From: an uncultured virus (IMG/VR IMGVR_UViG_3300046387_001330)
Lineage: Duplodnaviria; Heunggongvirae; Uroviricota; Caudoviricetes
Length of the DNA: 64,000 bases
Virus record (IMG/VR): IMGVR_UViG_3300046387_001330
Reading direction: 5' to 3' (one strand)
Part shown: in pieces, positions 29,649 through 40,202 of the stretch
Position numbering within the stretch: position 1 is the first letter of the stretch
Layout: every line of letters begins with the position of its first letter
Translations under genes and position numbers: made by a program
Notes under the pieces: model-generated
The model's database searches: none
Told to the model about the DNA's origin: nothing
What the model saw: only the letters and a program-made list of their open reading frames with translations

Positions 29649-30075
29649 AGGAAATATAAATGGTGAGAATGAGGCATATGAAAATAAACCATCTTATATA
29701 ATAAATGCGATTGAAAATGGATATGATGTAGAACTCGATATTTGGTATATCAATGGTAAGTTTATGCTTGGACATGATCACCCAATGTATGACACTAATA
29801 TATCGTTCCTTAGAAAATTTCAGGATAAATTATGGATTCATTGTAAAAACATAGAATCATTATATGTTTTAAGTAATTCTGTGTATTTAAATGTATTTTT
29901 TCACGACAAAGATGATGCTACACTTACATCTAGGGGGTTTATATGGACATACCCGAACAGAACTTTAACCAAGGGATCAATCTGTGTATTACCGGAGAAT
30001 GGCAAAAGTGGAAACTTGCATGAATGTTATGGTATTTGCTCTGACTATATTTCAAAGTATAAGGAATTAAAATGA
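29629..30075 (+). CDS. Glycerophosphodiester phosphodiesterase-like (short)
   Basis: LIAHRGN, EN, DVELD, LGHD, WIHCKN, GICSD. Start ATG 29629. Confidence 0.75.
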   Translation: MKLIAHRGNINGENEAYENKPSYIINAIENGYDVELDIWYINGKFMLGHDHPMYDTNISFLRKFQDKLWIHCKNIESLYVLSNSVYLNVFFHDKDDATLTSRGFIWTYPNRTLTKGSICVLPENGKSGNLHECYGICSDYISKYKELK

Positions 30076-30875
30076 AAAAAGAATTTGCAATTTTTACAAT
30101 TGTACAAAATGAAAAATATTTTTTACCGAAACTAATAAAGTATTACACGCAATATATTAGTTCAGATGATTTTTATGTTCTTGATCATGATTCAACTGAT
30201 GGTTCTACCGATAACTTAGATGTAAATGTTGAAAAAGTATCATTTGAATATACATTTGATCATAAATGGATGGTTAATACAGTTAAAAAGTTTCAAAAAA
30301 AACTTTTAAATGATTACAAATATGTCATATTCATTGAAGCAGATGATTTTTTATACACGATTAACGATGATTTTTTGCAGACATTAGTTGATACATTTAA
30401 GAGATATGATGCGATTTTGAATGTAGGATACAACATTGTGCATGATTATGCAAATACTGAAAAGTCATCAGATTTTGATTTATCGGGTGTAGAATTTATG
30501 AATTGTTCTCTTGAAAAAAGAAAATACTGGGCAAGAAAACCAAACCACGATAGAGCATTAATTACAAAAGTTCCAATGAATTATTCAAATGGATTTCATA
30601 AATTTTGGCATACTAATAAAAATCATTGTGCAACAAAACTAGAAACACTTTATCTTGCACATCTTCATACAGTTGATTGGAAGATAAATAATAAAAGGGT
30701 TGCACATAGAATAAATGGCAAAACCATGAGTCCAACTGATGTTGGTATTAAAAACCCAAATTCTCATGTCTTTCCTGAGAAATCTAGGCAAGAAAAATAT
30801 TTTAATAATTATGTAAAATGGAAAAAAATAATACCAACTGAACATCGTGATAAAATGATCACTCTTGGGATTTGA
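30072..30875 (+). CDS. GT2-like glycosyltransferase
   Basis: TIVQNEKYFL, LDHDSTDGST, FIEADDFL, GFH. Confidence 0.72.
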   Translation: MKKEFAIFTIVQNEKYFLPKLIKYYTQYISSDDFYVLDHDSTDGSTDNLDVNVEKVSFEYTFDHKWMVNTVKKFQKKLLNDYKYVIFIEADDFLYTINDDFLQTLVDTFKRYDAILNVGYNIVHDYANTEKSSDFDLSGVEFMNCSLEKRKYWARKPNHDRALITKVPMNYSNGFHKFWHTNKNHCATKLETLYLAHLHTVDWKINNKRVAHRINGKTMSPTDVGIKNPNSHVFPEKSRQEKYFNNYVKWKKIIPTEHRDKMITLGI

Positions 30876-30912
30876 TAATATAAAAATACCTTTTATTATA
30901 TTTATACTATAT

Positions 30913-31749
30913 ATGGATGATATATCAAAAATTTTTGTAGTAAATCTCGATGATAAAAAAGACAGATTTGAAAAATTTAAAAAATTAAATGACAATCGTC
31001 TTGAAAGATTTAGTGCAGTCGATGCACGATTTTGTGCAAACATTGCAGGCAAATATGGATTTAAATTAAAACCAGTTAGTTTATCGGATAACATATATTT
31101 TTATACAGCACCAGGAGCAGTTGGGATATACTTAAGTTTTTATTTGATTTGGAAAAAAATTGTAAGTGAAGATATACCTGTATCTTTAATACTTGAGGAT
31201 GATGCATCTGTTGAAGACATTAAAAAATATCTAAATGAAAACGAAAAGATAGATTTTACTGATGTTGATTTTGTACAACTTGGTAAGAGATGTGATGTTC
31301 CTTGGGTTCCTGATATTACAAAAAATTTTGATGGATTAGAAGCACATATTTTGACTAAAAGAGGTGCAGAAAAATTAATAAGTGCCACGGAGAATCCTTC
31401 GCATTTCAATGGAGTTGTTAATGTAAAACCAAATGGATGGTGTAGTAAAACAAAAAGGCATTTAAACGACTTTGATGTTTTTAAAAAAGAAAAAACAACA
31501 AATTGGACAAATGGTAAATTAATAAGATGTGCAGTTGACAAGTTTGTAGGCTATTGTGGTAACCAAAAACATTCAGACGAAAAACGATTGAAAATTCTAC
31601 ATAAACCTACAATATCGTTATCAACCGAAAGTAAAACTTCTGATATATTAAAAGATGTACAGATGGAATGGTATCGTCTATCAGAAGATGATTTATGTAG
31701 TTTAATAAATTCGGAGGATTTTTCAAATTGGAGGAATGCTAATGAGTAA
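30913..31749 (+). CDS. GT25-family glycosyltransferase
   Basis: FVVNL...DR, RFSAVD, GAVGIYLS, LILEDDA, AHILT..GAEKL. Start ATG 30913. Confidence 0.82.
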   Translation: MDDISKIFVVNLDDKKDRFEKFKKLNDNRLERFSAVDARFCANIAGKYGFKLKPVSLSDNIYFYTAPGAVGIYLSFYLIWKKIVSEDIPVSLILEDDASVEDIKKYLNENEKIDFTDVDFVQLGKRCDVPWVPDITKNFDGLEAHILTKRGAEKLISATENPSHFNGVVNVKPNGWCSKTKRHLNDFDVFKKEKTTNWTNGKLIRCAVDKFVGYCGNQKHSDEKRLKILHKPTISLSTESKTSDILKDVQMEWYRLSEDDLCSLINSEDFSNWRNANE

Positions 31750-32779
31750 AACGACTATTTGTATTTGCACATATAACAATCATGAGTTGCTTTTACTGTG
31801 TATAAAATCATTATTTGTACAATCCATTGATAAAATAAATTACGATGTATTGATTCTGGATAATTCGAGTGGAACTGTAAGTAATAAAGAAAAATTAGAT
31901 GAATGTAAAAAATTATGTGATTTACATGGATTTACTTATTTAGAAGAATATGCAAACGGATTATCGGATGCCAGAAACATTTGTATTAGGAGAACCACAA
32001 CGGAGATAATACATTTTATTGATGACGATACCATTGTAGATTTCAATTTTGTAGAGAATACTATCAAGATATTTGAATTTCCATCAGTTACGGTTGTGGG
32101 TGGGAAGATACTACCTGATTGGAGACTTGTAAAACGACCGGACTGGTTATCAGATGAGCACCTTGGATTTATGTCTATGCTTGATTTTGGTGACATTGAA
32201 ATAAACAGATTACAAAAAGATTTTTATGGATTTTATTTAGTGGGTGCGAATATTGCTTTTAGGAGAACAATATTTGACAAAGTTGGACTTTTTGATACTG
32301 GTCTTGGTAGGAATGCCAAAACATCAACACTGATGGGGCAAGAAGAAAATGAATTAATTTCAAGAATACCTGCCGAGTATGATGTTATATATTCACACAA
32401 AATTAAGTTGAACCATATTGTTGTACCAAGTAAAGTTGATAAAAATTGGTTTTTTAAACGAATTGCTTGGCAAGCAGTAAATGATGTAATGACAAACAAT
32501 GTTTGGTTAAAGAACAAAAGAGGAAAAAAAGATCATATTTTTCAAAATCTGAGTAAACTAATTACAGATAGTGATGAAGTAGATCATTTTTCTGATAAGT
32601 TGGAAATGATTCATTATATATTTTTTAATATATTATACAGTGGAGATGTAAATTGTGGAGAGCAATATAATAAATTAAATAATTTGAATTCGGAATATCG
32701 TCCAAATCGTAATAAAAGTGGAAATAAGATATTTTTGACCTCACACCAAATTAAAAGAGGATTTAGAAAAATAAAATGA
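31736..32779 (+). CDS. GT2-family glycosyltransferase
   Basis: ICTYN, LDNS, GLSDARN, FIDDD, GANIAFRR, GLFD..LG. Confidence 0.88.
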   Translation: MLMSKTTICICTYNNHELLLLCIKSLFVQSIDKINYDVLILDNSSGTVSNKEKLDECKKLCDLHGFTYLEEYANGLSDARNICIRRTTTEIIHFIDDDTIVDFNFVENTIKIFEFPSVTVVGGKILPDWRLVKRPDWLSDEHLGFMSMLDFGDIEINRLQKDFYGFYLVGANIAFRRTIFDKVGLFDTGLGRNAKTSTLMGQEENELISRIPAEYDVIYSHKIKLNHIVVPSKVDKNWFFKRIAWQAVNDVMTNNVWLKNKRGKKDHIFQNLSKLITDSDEVDHFSDKLEMIHYIFFNILYSGDVNCGEQYNKLNNLNSEYRPNRNKSGNKIFLTSHQIKRGFRKIK

Positions 32780-33402
32780 TTATTTCTTCAAGATATAAAT
32801 TTATTTTTATTCACATACCAAAGTGTGGTGGTAGTAGTATTTCAGATGCTTTTAGTAATTATTTTTTAAAAAAAGAATTTGGAAATAACTCTAGTTTTCG
32901 TACACACTTTAAAAGTTTGAACAAAAATAATTTAGAAGTATTTAAAAATGACATACAATATGGAAATGCAACATACTTACCACAACATTCAAAGTATTCT
33001 AAAGTTGAAATGTATTTGGAGAAAAGCAAAAAAAATATAAGTGACTATTTTACTTTCTCATTTGTAAGAAATCCGTGGAGTCGTTGTGTATCTTTATATG
33101 AGTATCAATATAACAAAATGGATTTCAAAAAATTTGTAGATAAAAAATTTGAGCAACAGACTGATTTTATACTTAATAGAAATAAAAAAATAGGAGTCAA
33201 CTTTATTGGAAAAATTGAGCAAATTCAGAATGATTTTAATTCCGTCTGCAAGCAAATAAAAATACCTGAAGTTAAGTTATCTACTATAAATTCTACTGAA
33301 CATAAACATTACACTGAGTATTACAACGATGATACTTGTCAAATAATAGCAGACAAGTTTGTTGATGATATAAACAATTTTAATTATGCGTTTGGGGACT
33401 AA
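32776..33402 (+). CDS. Sulfotransferase, Sulfotransfer_2 family
   Basis: FIHIPKCGGSSI, FSFVRNPWSRCVS, HYTEYY. Confidence 0.9.
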   Translation: MIISSRYKFIFIHIPKCGGSSISDAFSNYFLKKEFGNNSSFRTHFKSLNKNNLEVFKNDIQYGNATYLPQHSKYSKVEMYLEKSKKNISDYFTFSFVRNPWSRCVSLYEYQYNKMDFKKFVDKKFEQQTDFILNRNKKIGVNFIGKIEQIQNDFNSVCKQIKIPEVKLSTINSTEHKHYTEYYNDDTCQIIADKFVDDINNFNYAFGD

Positions 33403-34059
33403 ATGATGGAACATGAAAGAAAAGTTATACGACCTTATATATTTTGTTCTGAATCAAAAAAATGTGTTTGGGTTGACATTCCCAAGGCCGCATCTTCTTC
33501 AGTAAGAAAATATTTTTCTGAAAACTTACATGATTTTAAGACATTGAGTGCGGCCTGGCACGCAGAAATTATAGAGCAAGAAAAATTTGAAGCAATTGAC
33601 TTAGATTGTTTTTTATTTTGTATAGTTCGTAATCCGTGGGATCGTCTTGTTTCAAACTATAAAATGCTAAAAAATAGACCTCATAGATTTCAAGTTTTTG
33701 AAGAGCAATATAAAATTTATTTTAACGAAGAATTTGATAGAAGTCATCTTAATTCATTTGTTACTTTTTGTGAATTAGTTCCTGATATAATCAAAGTAGA
33801 AAAAGCATACATGGCACATTTTCGAAATCAAATAGATTTTCTGTATAGAGAACCTGATTTTATTGGTAGGTTTGAAAACTTAGACGAAGATTTTAATACA
33901 ATTTGCGATCAAATAAAAATTCCAAGGAGAGAACTTCCTCATGTAAACAAAACTACTCATACACATTATACCGAATATTATGACATTGAGACACAAAAAA
34001 TGGTTGAAAATGTGTATGCAAAAGATATAGATTATTTCGGATATAAATTTGGAGAATAA
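33403..34059 (+). CDS. Sulfotransferase, Sulfotransfer_2 family
   Basis: VDIPKAASSS, VRNPWDRLVS, HFRNQ, GRFENL, HYTEYY. Confidence 0.88.
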   Translation: MMEHERKVIRPYIFCSESKKCVWVDIPKAASSSVRKYFSENLHDFKTLSAAWHAEIIEQEKFEAIDLDCFLFCIVRNPWDRLVSNYKMLKNRPHRFQVFEEQYKIYFNEEFDRSHLNSFVTFCELVPDIIKVEKAYMAHFRNQIDFLYREPDFIGRFENLDEDFNTICDQIKIPRRELPHVNKTTHTHYTEYYDIETQKMVENVYAKDIDYFGYKFGE

Positions 34060-34062
34060 ATT

Positions 34063-34689
34063 TTGGTCTCTGATCAGTACAAATTCATTTTTATTCAAAT
34101 TCCTAAAACAGGATGTACATCAGTTGGCAGTGTTCTAAAAAATAACGCAAATGGAATTTCATATAACGGTGCGTCAGCACCAAAAAAGTCTATATACTTT
34201 AAACACATAACATATCGTGAAATTCAAAAACAACTTAGTCGTGAAACTCTCGGTAAATATTTTAAGTTTACATTTGTCAGAAATCCTTGGGATTGGTTAG
34301 TTTCTAATTATTTTTATTGTCGTGGAGTGCATTACCCCTATTATTATAGAGTTAAGGGTTCACGAAAGAAGTTAAGAACAGAGTCTATGCCATTAAATTT
34401 TAATGAATGGGTGAAATGGTATGTTGAAAAATTACACGGTACACAATTTGAAATGATAGCAAATCTGACCGAAGATTGTGAATTAGATTTTATTGGTAAA
34501 TTTGAAAATATTCATAATGACTTTAATATTATTTGTAATAAAATTGGAATTCCGAGTCAAAAACTTCCACATAAAAACAAAACGAAGCACACACACTACA
34601 CCGAATACTACGATGACAAAACAAGAGAAATTGTTGCGGAAAAATATGCAAAAGACATTGAGTATTTTGGATATGAATATGGAAAATAA
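34063..34689 (+). CDS. Sulfotransferase, Sulfotransfer_2 family
   Basis: FIQIPKTGCTS, FTFVRNPWDWLVS, HYTEYY. TTG start with GGAG 8 nt upstream. Confidence 0.88.
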   Translation: MVSDQYKFIFIQIPKTGCTSVGSVLKNNANGISYNGASAPKKSIYFKHITYREIQKQLSRETLGKYFKFTFVRNPWDWLVSNYFYCRGVHYPYYYRVKGSRKKLRTESMPLNFNEWVKWYVEKLHGTQFEMIANLTEDCELDFIGKFENIHNDFNIICNKIGIPSQKLPHKNKTKHTHYTEYYDDKTREIVAEKYAKDIEYFGYEYGK

Positions 34690-34692
34690 GAA

Positions 34693-35355
34693 ATGATAAG
34701 TCATACACATAAATTTATATATTCTCACATTCCCAAGTGTGGTGGCACAACAATAGAGAACACTCTCAGTAAATATGCAATAAAAACATTTGGAAGAAAT
34801 GCGGATAGGAAATGGTTAAGAAACAAAAGATTGTTTGATGCGGTTGATGAGTATGTGCATTATTACAAGTTTAGTTTTAGTCGCAATCCTTGGGATCGAT
34901 TAGTTTCTTGTTACATATTTTTTAAATCTAAATTCGCAAACCGTGTGAAAAATATTCATTCGTTTAATGAATTTGTTGAATCGACTAATCTGTTTTTAAA
35001 AGAATATAATTCTATAAACGAAGACTATTCAAATATTAGAGATAATACTTGTGCAGAAGGACTCGATGGTGCGAAAATTAATGCTCCAGGTAGTTTTGCT
35101 TTTTTAGGTTACCACGTTCTACCTCAGACATATTTTATAAGAAATAATTTTGATTATATAGGAAGGGTGGAAAATCTACAAAATGACTTTAATATTATCT
35201 GCGATAAATTAGGAATTACACGACACCAACTCCCACATAAAAACAAAAGTAAACACAAACACTACACAGAATACTACGATAATTCAACAAGACAAATTGT
35301 TGAAGAATTTTATGCAAATGACATTGAGTATTTTGGATATAAGTTTGAAGAGTAA
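34693..35355 (+). CDS. Sulfotransferase, Sulfotransfer_2 family
   Basis: HIPKCGGTTI, SRNPWDRLVS, HVLPQ, HYTEYY. Confidence 0.9.
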   Translation: MISHTHKFIYSHIPKCGGTTIENTLSKYAIKTFGRNADRKWLRNKRLFDAVDEYVHYYKFSFSRNPWDRLVSCYIFFKSKFANRVKNIHSFNEFVESTNLFLKEYNSINEDYSNIRDNTCAEGLDGAKINAPGSFAFLGYHVLPQTYFIRNNFDYIGRVENLQNDFNIICDKLGITRHQLPHKNKSKHKHYTEYYDNSTRQIVEEFYANDIEYFGYKFEE

Positions 35356-35358
35356 AGA

Positions 35359-36180
35359 ATGATGAAACAGAAAGCACTATTCGTAATTAATGGAGAGGCA
35401 TTCCGTGACGGTTCGCATGGTTGTAGGAGGTCTGCAACTAATGAATCATATGAATGGCAAAAAAATGGAACTCATTCGCAAATTGAATTTTTTGACTTCT
35501 TACAAAAAACATATGATTTAGAAATTTTCATTAGTTTAAATACTTATCAGACAAAATACACTAATGAACTAATATCATGGTATAGTGACTATAATATAAT
35601 AGAAAAAAATATAAATAAAGATACGAACGGCCGTTCTGTAATTTATAGTGCCACGAAAAATATTAACACAGATGAGTATGATTTTGATTTTATATTTTTC
35701 TTAAGAGTAGATTTATTTATTAAAAAGAAATTTTTTGAAGTTTTTAACCCACACGAAAAAAATATAAAGTTTTTATTTCCAGTAGAATGGTCACATAAAA
35801 CTACTTTAGGTAAACTCAAATATAGTAGCAATACAAATGAAGATTTTGACGCAAATCAAGGTAAATTAATTGGTAAGTTTGAGTGTGGGTATTCTTATCC
35901 GTTGGTATGCGATTTGCTTTCATTTTGGCCTGGTAAGCATATGAAAATCTTCACTAACTCAGAAGCATATAAAAGAAAATTAGTTTTTAATCATAGGATG
36001 TGGCAACAATTAATTTGTTATTATGATAAAACTTATGATGAAATCGATTTTATGGTAAATTCAGCATATAGAGCAAATTCACAATTTTGTAAAAACCCTT
36101 ATTACAGGATTGTAGGAAGACCTGAGAGTAAGAAGGATTTTCTACCAACTAAATTTGATAAGTTTAATCAGAGTCTTTAA
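35359..36180 (+). CDS. Hypothetical GT-like protein
   Basis: VINGEAFR...NTYQT...FLRVDL; related to 26842..27465. Confidence 0.4.
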   Translation: MMKQKALFVINGEAFRDGSHGCRRSATNESYEWQKNGTHSQIEFFDFLQKTYDLEIFISLNTYQTKYTNELISWYSDYNIIEKNINKDTNGRSVIYSATKNINTDEYDFDFIFFLRVDLFIKKKFFEVFNPHEKNIKFLFPVEWSHKTTLGKLKYSSNTNEDFDANQGKLIGKFECGYSYPLVCDLLSFWPGKHMKIFTNSEAYKRKLVFNHRMWQQLICYYDKTYDEIDFMVNSAYRANSQFCKNPYYRIVGRPESKKDFLPTKFDKFNQSL

Positions 36181-36181
36181 C

Positions 36182-37126
36182 ATGGAATATGATAAAGTTT
36201 ATGATAAAATTTGCGTAAATATTTTTGATAAAAGCAAAATAACGCAAGAAATAAGTAACCAAATAAGTTCAAAAGATACTTATGTTGCTATATTTGTGTG
36301 TGGGCAGGTGAGAGGTTTTATAAATGATTATAAAAAAATTATTGATGGGTTTAATAAACTTATAGACTCTTTTCTTAAAGTCGGAAAACAACCGGTCATA
36401 TTTTTTTATGTAAATTTAAAATCATCATATGAAGGTGTTAGATGGCACTACAAGGAAATGGTGAGGGATGGGAAATTTAGAAATGAAAAAGAAGCAACAG
36501 AATATGTCAAAAATTTACAAATCTCACTGAAATCATTTAAAACTACACTTAAAAAATTAAATTGCGATTATGTTTTAAAAACATATGAAGATGAAACATG
36601 GATGAATTCAGGAATAAAATTATTATCAAAAAGTGGCAACCTTTCTAATATATTAAATAAGACAGGTGAGTTAATTTACTGTGATTATATCAAAGAAAAT
36701 AATTTAAAAAGTTCATCTCACTTTAATCAAATTGCGTGTCATGTATTTTGTAACACGATGAAAAATGACTATGAAAGTAAAAAAAGTCTAAAGTTTAATC
36801 AGGTAATTGTCACTCGTCCTGATCTAATAATAAAAAAAATTGATGCTAGTTTTGATTCTGATTTGATTTACACACAATGGGATACTATAAGAGTTTTTCC
36901 ATGTTATTTATATAATTACTTAATATGCAATGTAAAAGAAATTCTGCTTGCCATGAAAATTTTGTCCGAAGTCAACGAAAAATTTTGCTCTAAAAAACAT
37001 AATGCCAACGAAATACTGACCAAATATTACATAATTCATCACATAGAAAAAACTTTTTTTAGTTTGTGTGGGTTTAAGTATGATAAAAATAAATTTCCAA
37101 TTACTTCAGCCGTTTCTAGTATATAA
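36182..37126 (+). CDS. Hypothetical GT-like protein
   Basis: VAIFVCGQVR...VTRPDL pattern. Start ATG 36182. Confidence 0.45.
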   Translation: MEYDKVYDKICVNIFDKSKITQEISNQISSKDTYVAIFVCGQVRGFINDYKKIIDGFNKLIDSFLKVGKQPVIFFYVNLKSSYEGVRWHYKEMVRDGKFRNEKEATEYVKNLQISLKSFKTTLKKLNCDYVLKTYEDETWMNSGIKLLSKSGNLSNILNKTGELIYCDYIKENNLKSSSHFNQIACHVFCNTMKNDYESKKSLKFNQVIVTRPDLIIKKIDASFDSDLIYTQWDTIRVFPCYLYNYLICNVKEILLAMKILSEVNEKFCSKKHNANEILTKYYIIHHIEKTFFSLCGFKYDKNKFPITSAVSSI

Positions 37127-37135
37127 GTTTAATAT

Positions 37136-38041
37136 ATGAAAAAAAAATTATTACTTACCAACTTATTCAATAATATTACTTTCTCTGATGAGTTTTATCT
37201 TAAATGGGAAAATATGTTCAAAACGTTTGCTAAAAATTTAGATGCAGATTTTTTAAATTTTAAGGTAGATAAATCTATTTGTACAATTAGTAAAAACTAT
37301 AAGCACTTTATCGGAGAAGCATTTTTAGAAGAATTTCCGGATGGTGGTGGTTTATTTGTAAATAAAAACTTAAAAGAAAGAAAACTAAGTCAACTTACTA
37401 AACTAGATTATATAGATAATGCTTTTGAAAATGGATATGAAACAGTGTGTTGGGTTGATTCAGATATGGTCATCAATCCTAACGCAAATTCTATGTGGTT
37501 AGATAATTTGATTGATAATAGTACAATTTACTTTGATACAAGTGGTAATAATGGTCTAGCAAATTTAAAAAAATGTTTAAAAAATAATTTTTTAGAGAAC
37601 AATAATATATTATATGGTAATTGTGGGATAATATGTGTAACTAAGAAAACTTGGAATGATTTAAGAAACACACTAATCAATAGCAAGAATATTTTAAGTT
37701 TTGTCAAGAGTGATTGTAAATTTAATTTTATTAAACACATTGAGCAAAATATATTATCAGTAGCAATGACATTAACGAAGTGTAATATTGATTATTTGAC
37801 TCCAAAAAAATTCAAAACATCAGGATATGACTTTGACTTTATTCATGTCATAAATCAACACAAAAACTTTCAAGAATTTTTAAGTTTGTCTAATGACGAT
37901 ATTGATAAAATTAAAAGAAACTATTTTAATGGATTTGAGGGAAGATTAACAGTTTGGTTGTGGATTTTATACTCATATCTAAACTTAAATGAAAACGAAA
38001 AATTATCATTATTTCAGAAATTTAGAAATAGAATTATTTAA
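37136..38041 (+). CDS. Putative GT-A glycosyltransferase
   Basis: VCWVDSDM (DxD), NCGI, EQNIL, FIH. Confidence 0.55.
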   Translation: MKKKLLLTNLFNNITFSDEFYLKWENMFKTFAKNLDADFLNFKVDKSICTISKNYKHFIGEAFLEEFPDGGGLFVNKNLKERKLSQLTKLDYIDNAFENGYETVCWVDSDMVINPNANSMWLDNLIDNSTIYFDTSGNNGLANLKKCLKNNFLENNNILYGNCGIICVTKKTWNDLRNTLINSKNILSFVKSDCKFNFIKHIEQNILSVAMTLTKCNIDYLTPKKFKTSGYDFDFIHVINQHKNFQEFLSLSNDDIDKIKRNYFNGFEGRLTVWLWILYSYLNLNENEKLSLFQKFRNRII

Positions 38042-38073
38042 AATAATCCCATAAAATTATACTTATATTTGAG

Positions 38074-39732
38074 ATGATTAAAACAGCAGTATACGCATAT
38101 TGGGCAAAACCTTTTTTAGAAAAGGATTCATATAGTAATTTTGAACGCAAAAACGATTTGTTAGTATCGTTACGATTGAGTGTAGAGCAATCACGCAAAT
38201 TTTTTGATAAAATTGTTTTTTACGGAGATCATGAAGCAATTGCACAAATTTGTAACATTGTTAAATTTGATGAGGTGTATGATGATGTAGAAGAGTTGAA
38301 CGAAAAAAATATACCAGGTTATTTTTACTCACTTCCAAAAGTAATTGCTTGTGAAAAAATGAAAGAACCATTCGTTCTACTTGAAAATGATTTTTATTTG
38401 TGGGAAATTCCCGAGACGAGTAATTTCTTTGACGCACCTATAATTGTGGAGGATTTTCACGACACACCCATTGAATATTATGACGAAATTGATAGAATGA
38501 AATCATTTAATATGGCAACTCGTCCTAGATGGTATCGTTACGCAAAAAAAGGTAAATTTCAGGTACCAACAAAAGGTATTTATGGTGGCACAGATGTTAA
38601 ATTCATAAATGATCATGCTTTGGAAGTAATGAGACTTGTAGATAATGAAGACAATATCAAAATTTTTCAAAATGAAGAAAATGATAAGTTTTTTAAGAAT
38701 ACCCATAAAATATATGATTTGTGGTATTGTGGTGCAAAATTAGATGGAAGTGATACATTTACATTATCCAATTCAGATATAAAGTATACTCATTTGTATG
38801 CTGAAAAGAAAAACGATCCTGAAATTTCAATTAAGTTGTATAATCGTGTTCGTAAAGATTTACCTGACTTTATGAAAAAAATTGATACAGACGGAAGCGG
38901 AGTTTACGATCCGGTTGAAAACTACGATTATTTCATTGAACCTACTCCTGGTATTAAAAATATTGAAGTTGGAAAAAAGAAACTTACTTTTGTTATGGCA
39001 TTAATGAATCGTAAGCATCAAATAGAGAAAACTTTAATTAAAAATTTAGAAGATAACTGGGAAGATAGAGATGATGTAGAGTTCGTATTGATGGATGTAA
39101 GTAGTAAAGATGGTTTTCGTGAATGGTTGCAAGAACAAGACTTGGATAAGTACACTAAGTCAGGATATTTACGTTGCTTTGAAACGGATGTAATTGATAC
39201 CTGGCACGCAAGCATTGGTAAAAATACTGCAACTCATCAAGCAAAAGGAAAAATTGTGGTGACACTAGATTGCGACAATTTTACAGGATTCAGAGGTGGA
39301 CGTTTTGTGATAAAGCACTTTGAGGATAATAATTACAATTGCGTTGTGCATCAATTTGATTGGAATCCAAAAAATGGTAACTTCGGTAGAATTGGAATTA
39401 CAAAGCAAAAGTTTGATGAAATTGGTGGATATGATCAATCACTTTTACCTATGGGTTATCAAGACTGGGACATTATCAAAAGAGCCGAAGCAACTGGATG
39501 TAAATATGTTAATCCTGTGGATGCTGAGTATAATCAGGCAATTGAAAATGAAGGTGGAAAGGAACTAAGCATGGCAAATCAAACCGACAATCACAAGAAA
39601 CTCGGTTGGACAGAGATGAACCGAATAAACAAATTAAAATGCCACCACAATTTATACAGAAAAAAATATGTTGCGAACAGTGGATACTACGGAATCAGGT
39701 CAAATGTACGAAATCTTTTTGATGCAGAGTAA
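38074..39732 (+). CDS. Two-domain protein: DUF6734-like N-terminus plus GT2/GT7-like C-terminus
   Basis: N-terminal YAYWAKP...LSV...PFVLLENDF...IYGG.D...YTHL. C-terminal MNRKHQ, GKN, LDCDNF, IGGYDQ...MGYQDWD. Confidence 0.65.
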   Translation: MIKTAVYAYWAKPFLEKDSYSNFERKNDLLVSLRLSVEQSRKFFDKIVFYGDHEAIAQICNIVKFDEVYDDVEELNEKNIPGYFYSLPKVIACEKMKEPFVLLENDFYLWEIPETSNFFDAPIIVEDFHDTPIEYYDEIDRMKSFNMATRPRWYRYAKKGKFQVPTKGIYGGTDVKFINDHALEVMRLVDNEDNIKIFQNEENDKFFKNTHKIYDLWYCGAKLDGSDTFTLSNSDIKYTHLYAEKKNDPEISIKLYNRVRKDLPDFMKKIDTDGSGVYDPVENYDYFIEPTPGIKNIEVGKKKLTFVMALMNRKHQIEKTLIKNLEDNWEDRDDVEFVLMDVSSKDGFREWLQEQDLDKYTKSGYLRCFETDVIDTWHASIGKNTATHQAKGKIVVTLDCDNFTGFRGGRFVIKHFEDNNYNCVVHQFDWNPKNGNFGRIGITKQKFDEIGGYDQSLLPMGYQDWDIIKRAEATGCKYVNPVDAEYNQAIENEGGKELSMANQTDNHKKLGWTEMNRINKLKCHHNLYRKKYVANSGYYGIRSNVRNLFDAE

Positions 39733-39743
39733 TATATATTTAT

Positions 39744-40169
39744 GTGAAGAATCACATAAAAGAAGTTGCATCGGTTGGAACATCTGCGTCATCTGATACA
39801 GAACCAGATTTCGGAAATTGGTTAGCAGGTGGTCAAGTAAGAGAACTTGGTAAAGAGATGAGTGGAGAGTGTGATCAGTGGTACTATAAAGGTGGTTATA
39901 CTCAGACTGAATTTCCAAAAGCAGATCCTATTTGGTCGGGTAATTTTGATGACTTGACAGTCTTCAATATGGACCCTGGTATTTACAGAAAATCATCACA
40001 ATCACGAATTAAAGTACCAAAGTCGTGGGTTCAGAAATCAAAACCAAGTGATGGTATTTCGGTTGAAAAACCAAATACAACAAACAATATTGAATTTGAA
40101 CATTTACCCGATGTTGATCCAATAGACGACTTTTCTAATGAAGTTCCAAAATATAAAGATTTCTTTTGA
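39744..40169 (+). CDS. Hypothetical protein
   Basis: Fills the gap on the coding strand with plausible composition; no recognisable motif; start uncertain. Confidence 0.6.
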   Translation: MKNHIKEVASVGTSASSDTEPDFGNWLAGGQVRELGKEMSGECDQWYYKGGYTQTEFPKADPIWSGNFDDLTVFNMDPGIYRKSSQSRIKVPKSWVQKSKPSDGISVEKPNTTNNIEFEHLPDVDPIDDFSNEVPKYKDFF

Positions 40170-40202
40170 CTATAATTCATTTTTATAATATTTATAATAG
40201 TA

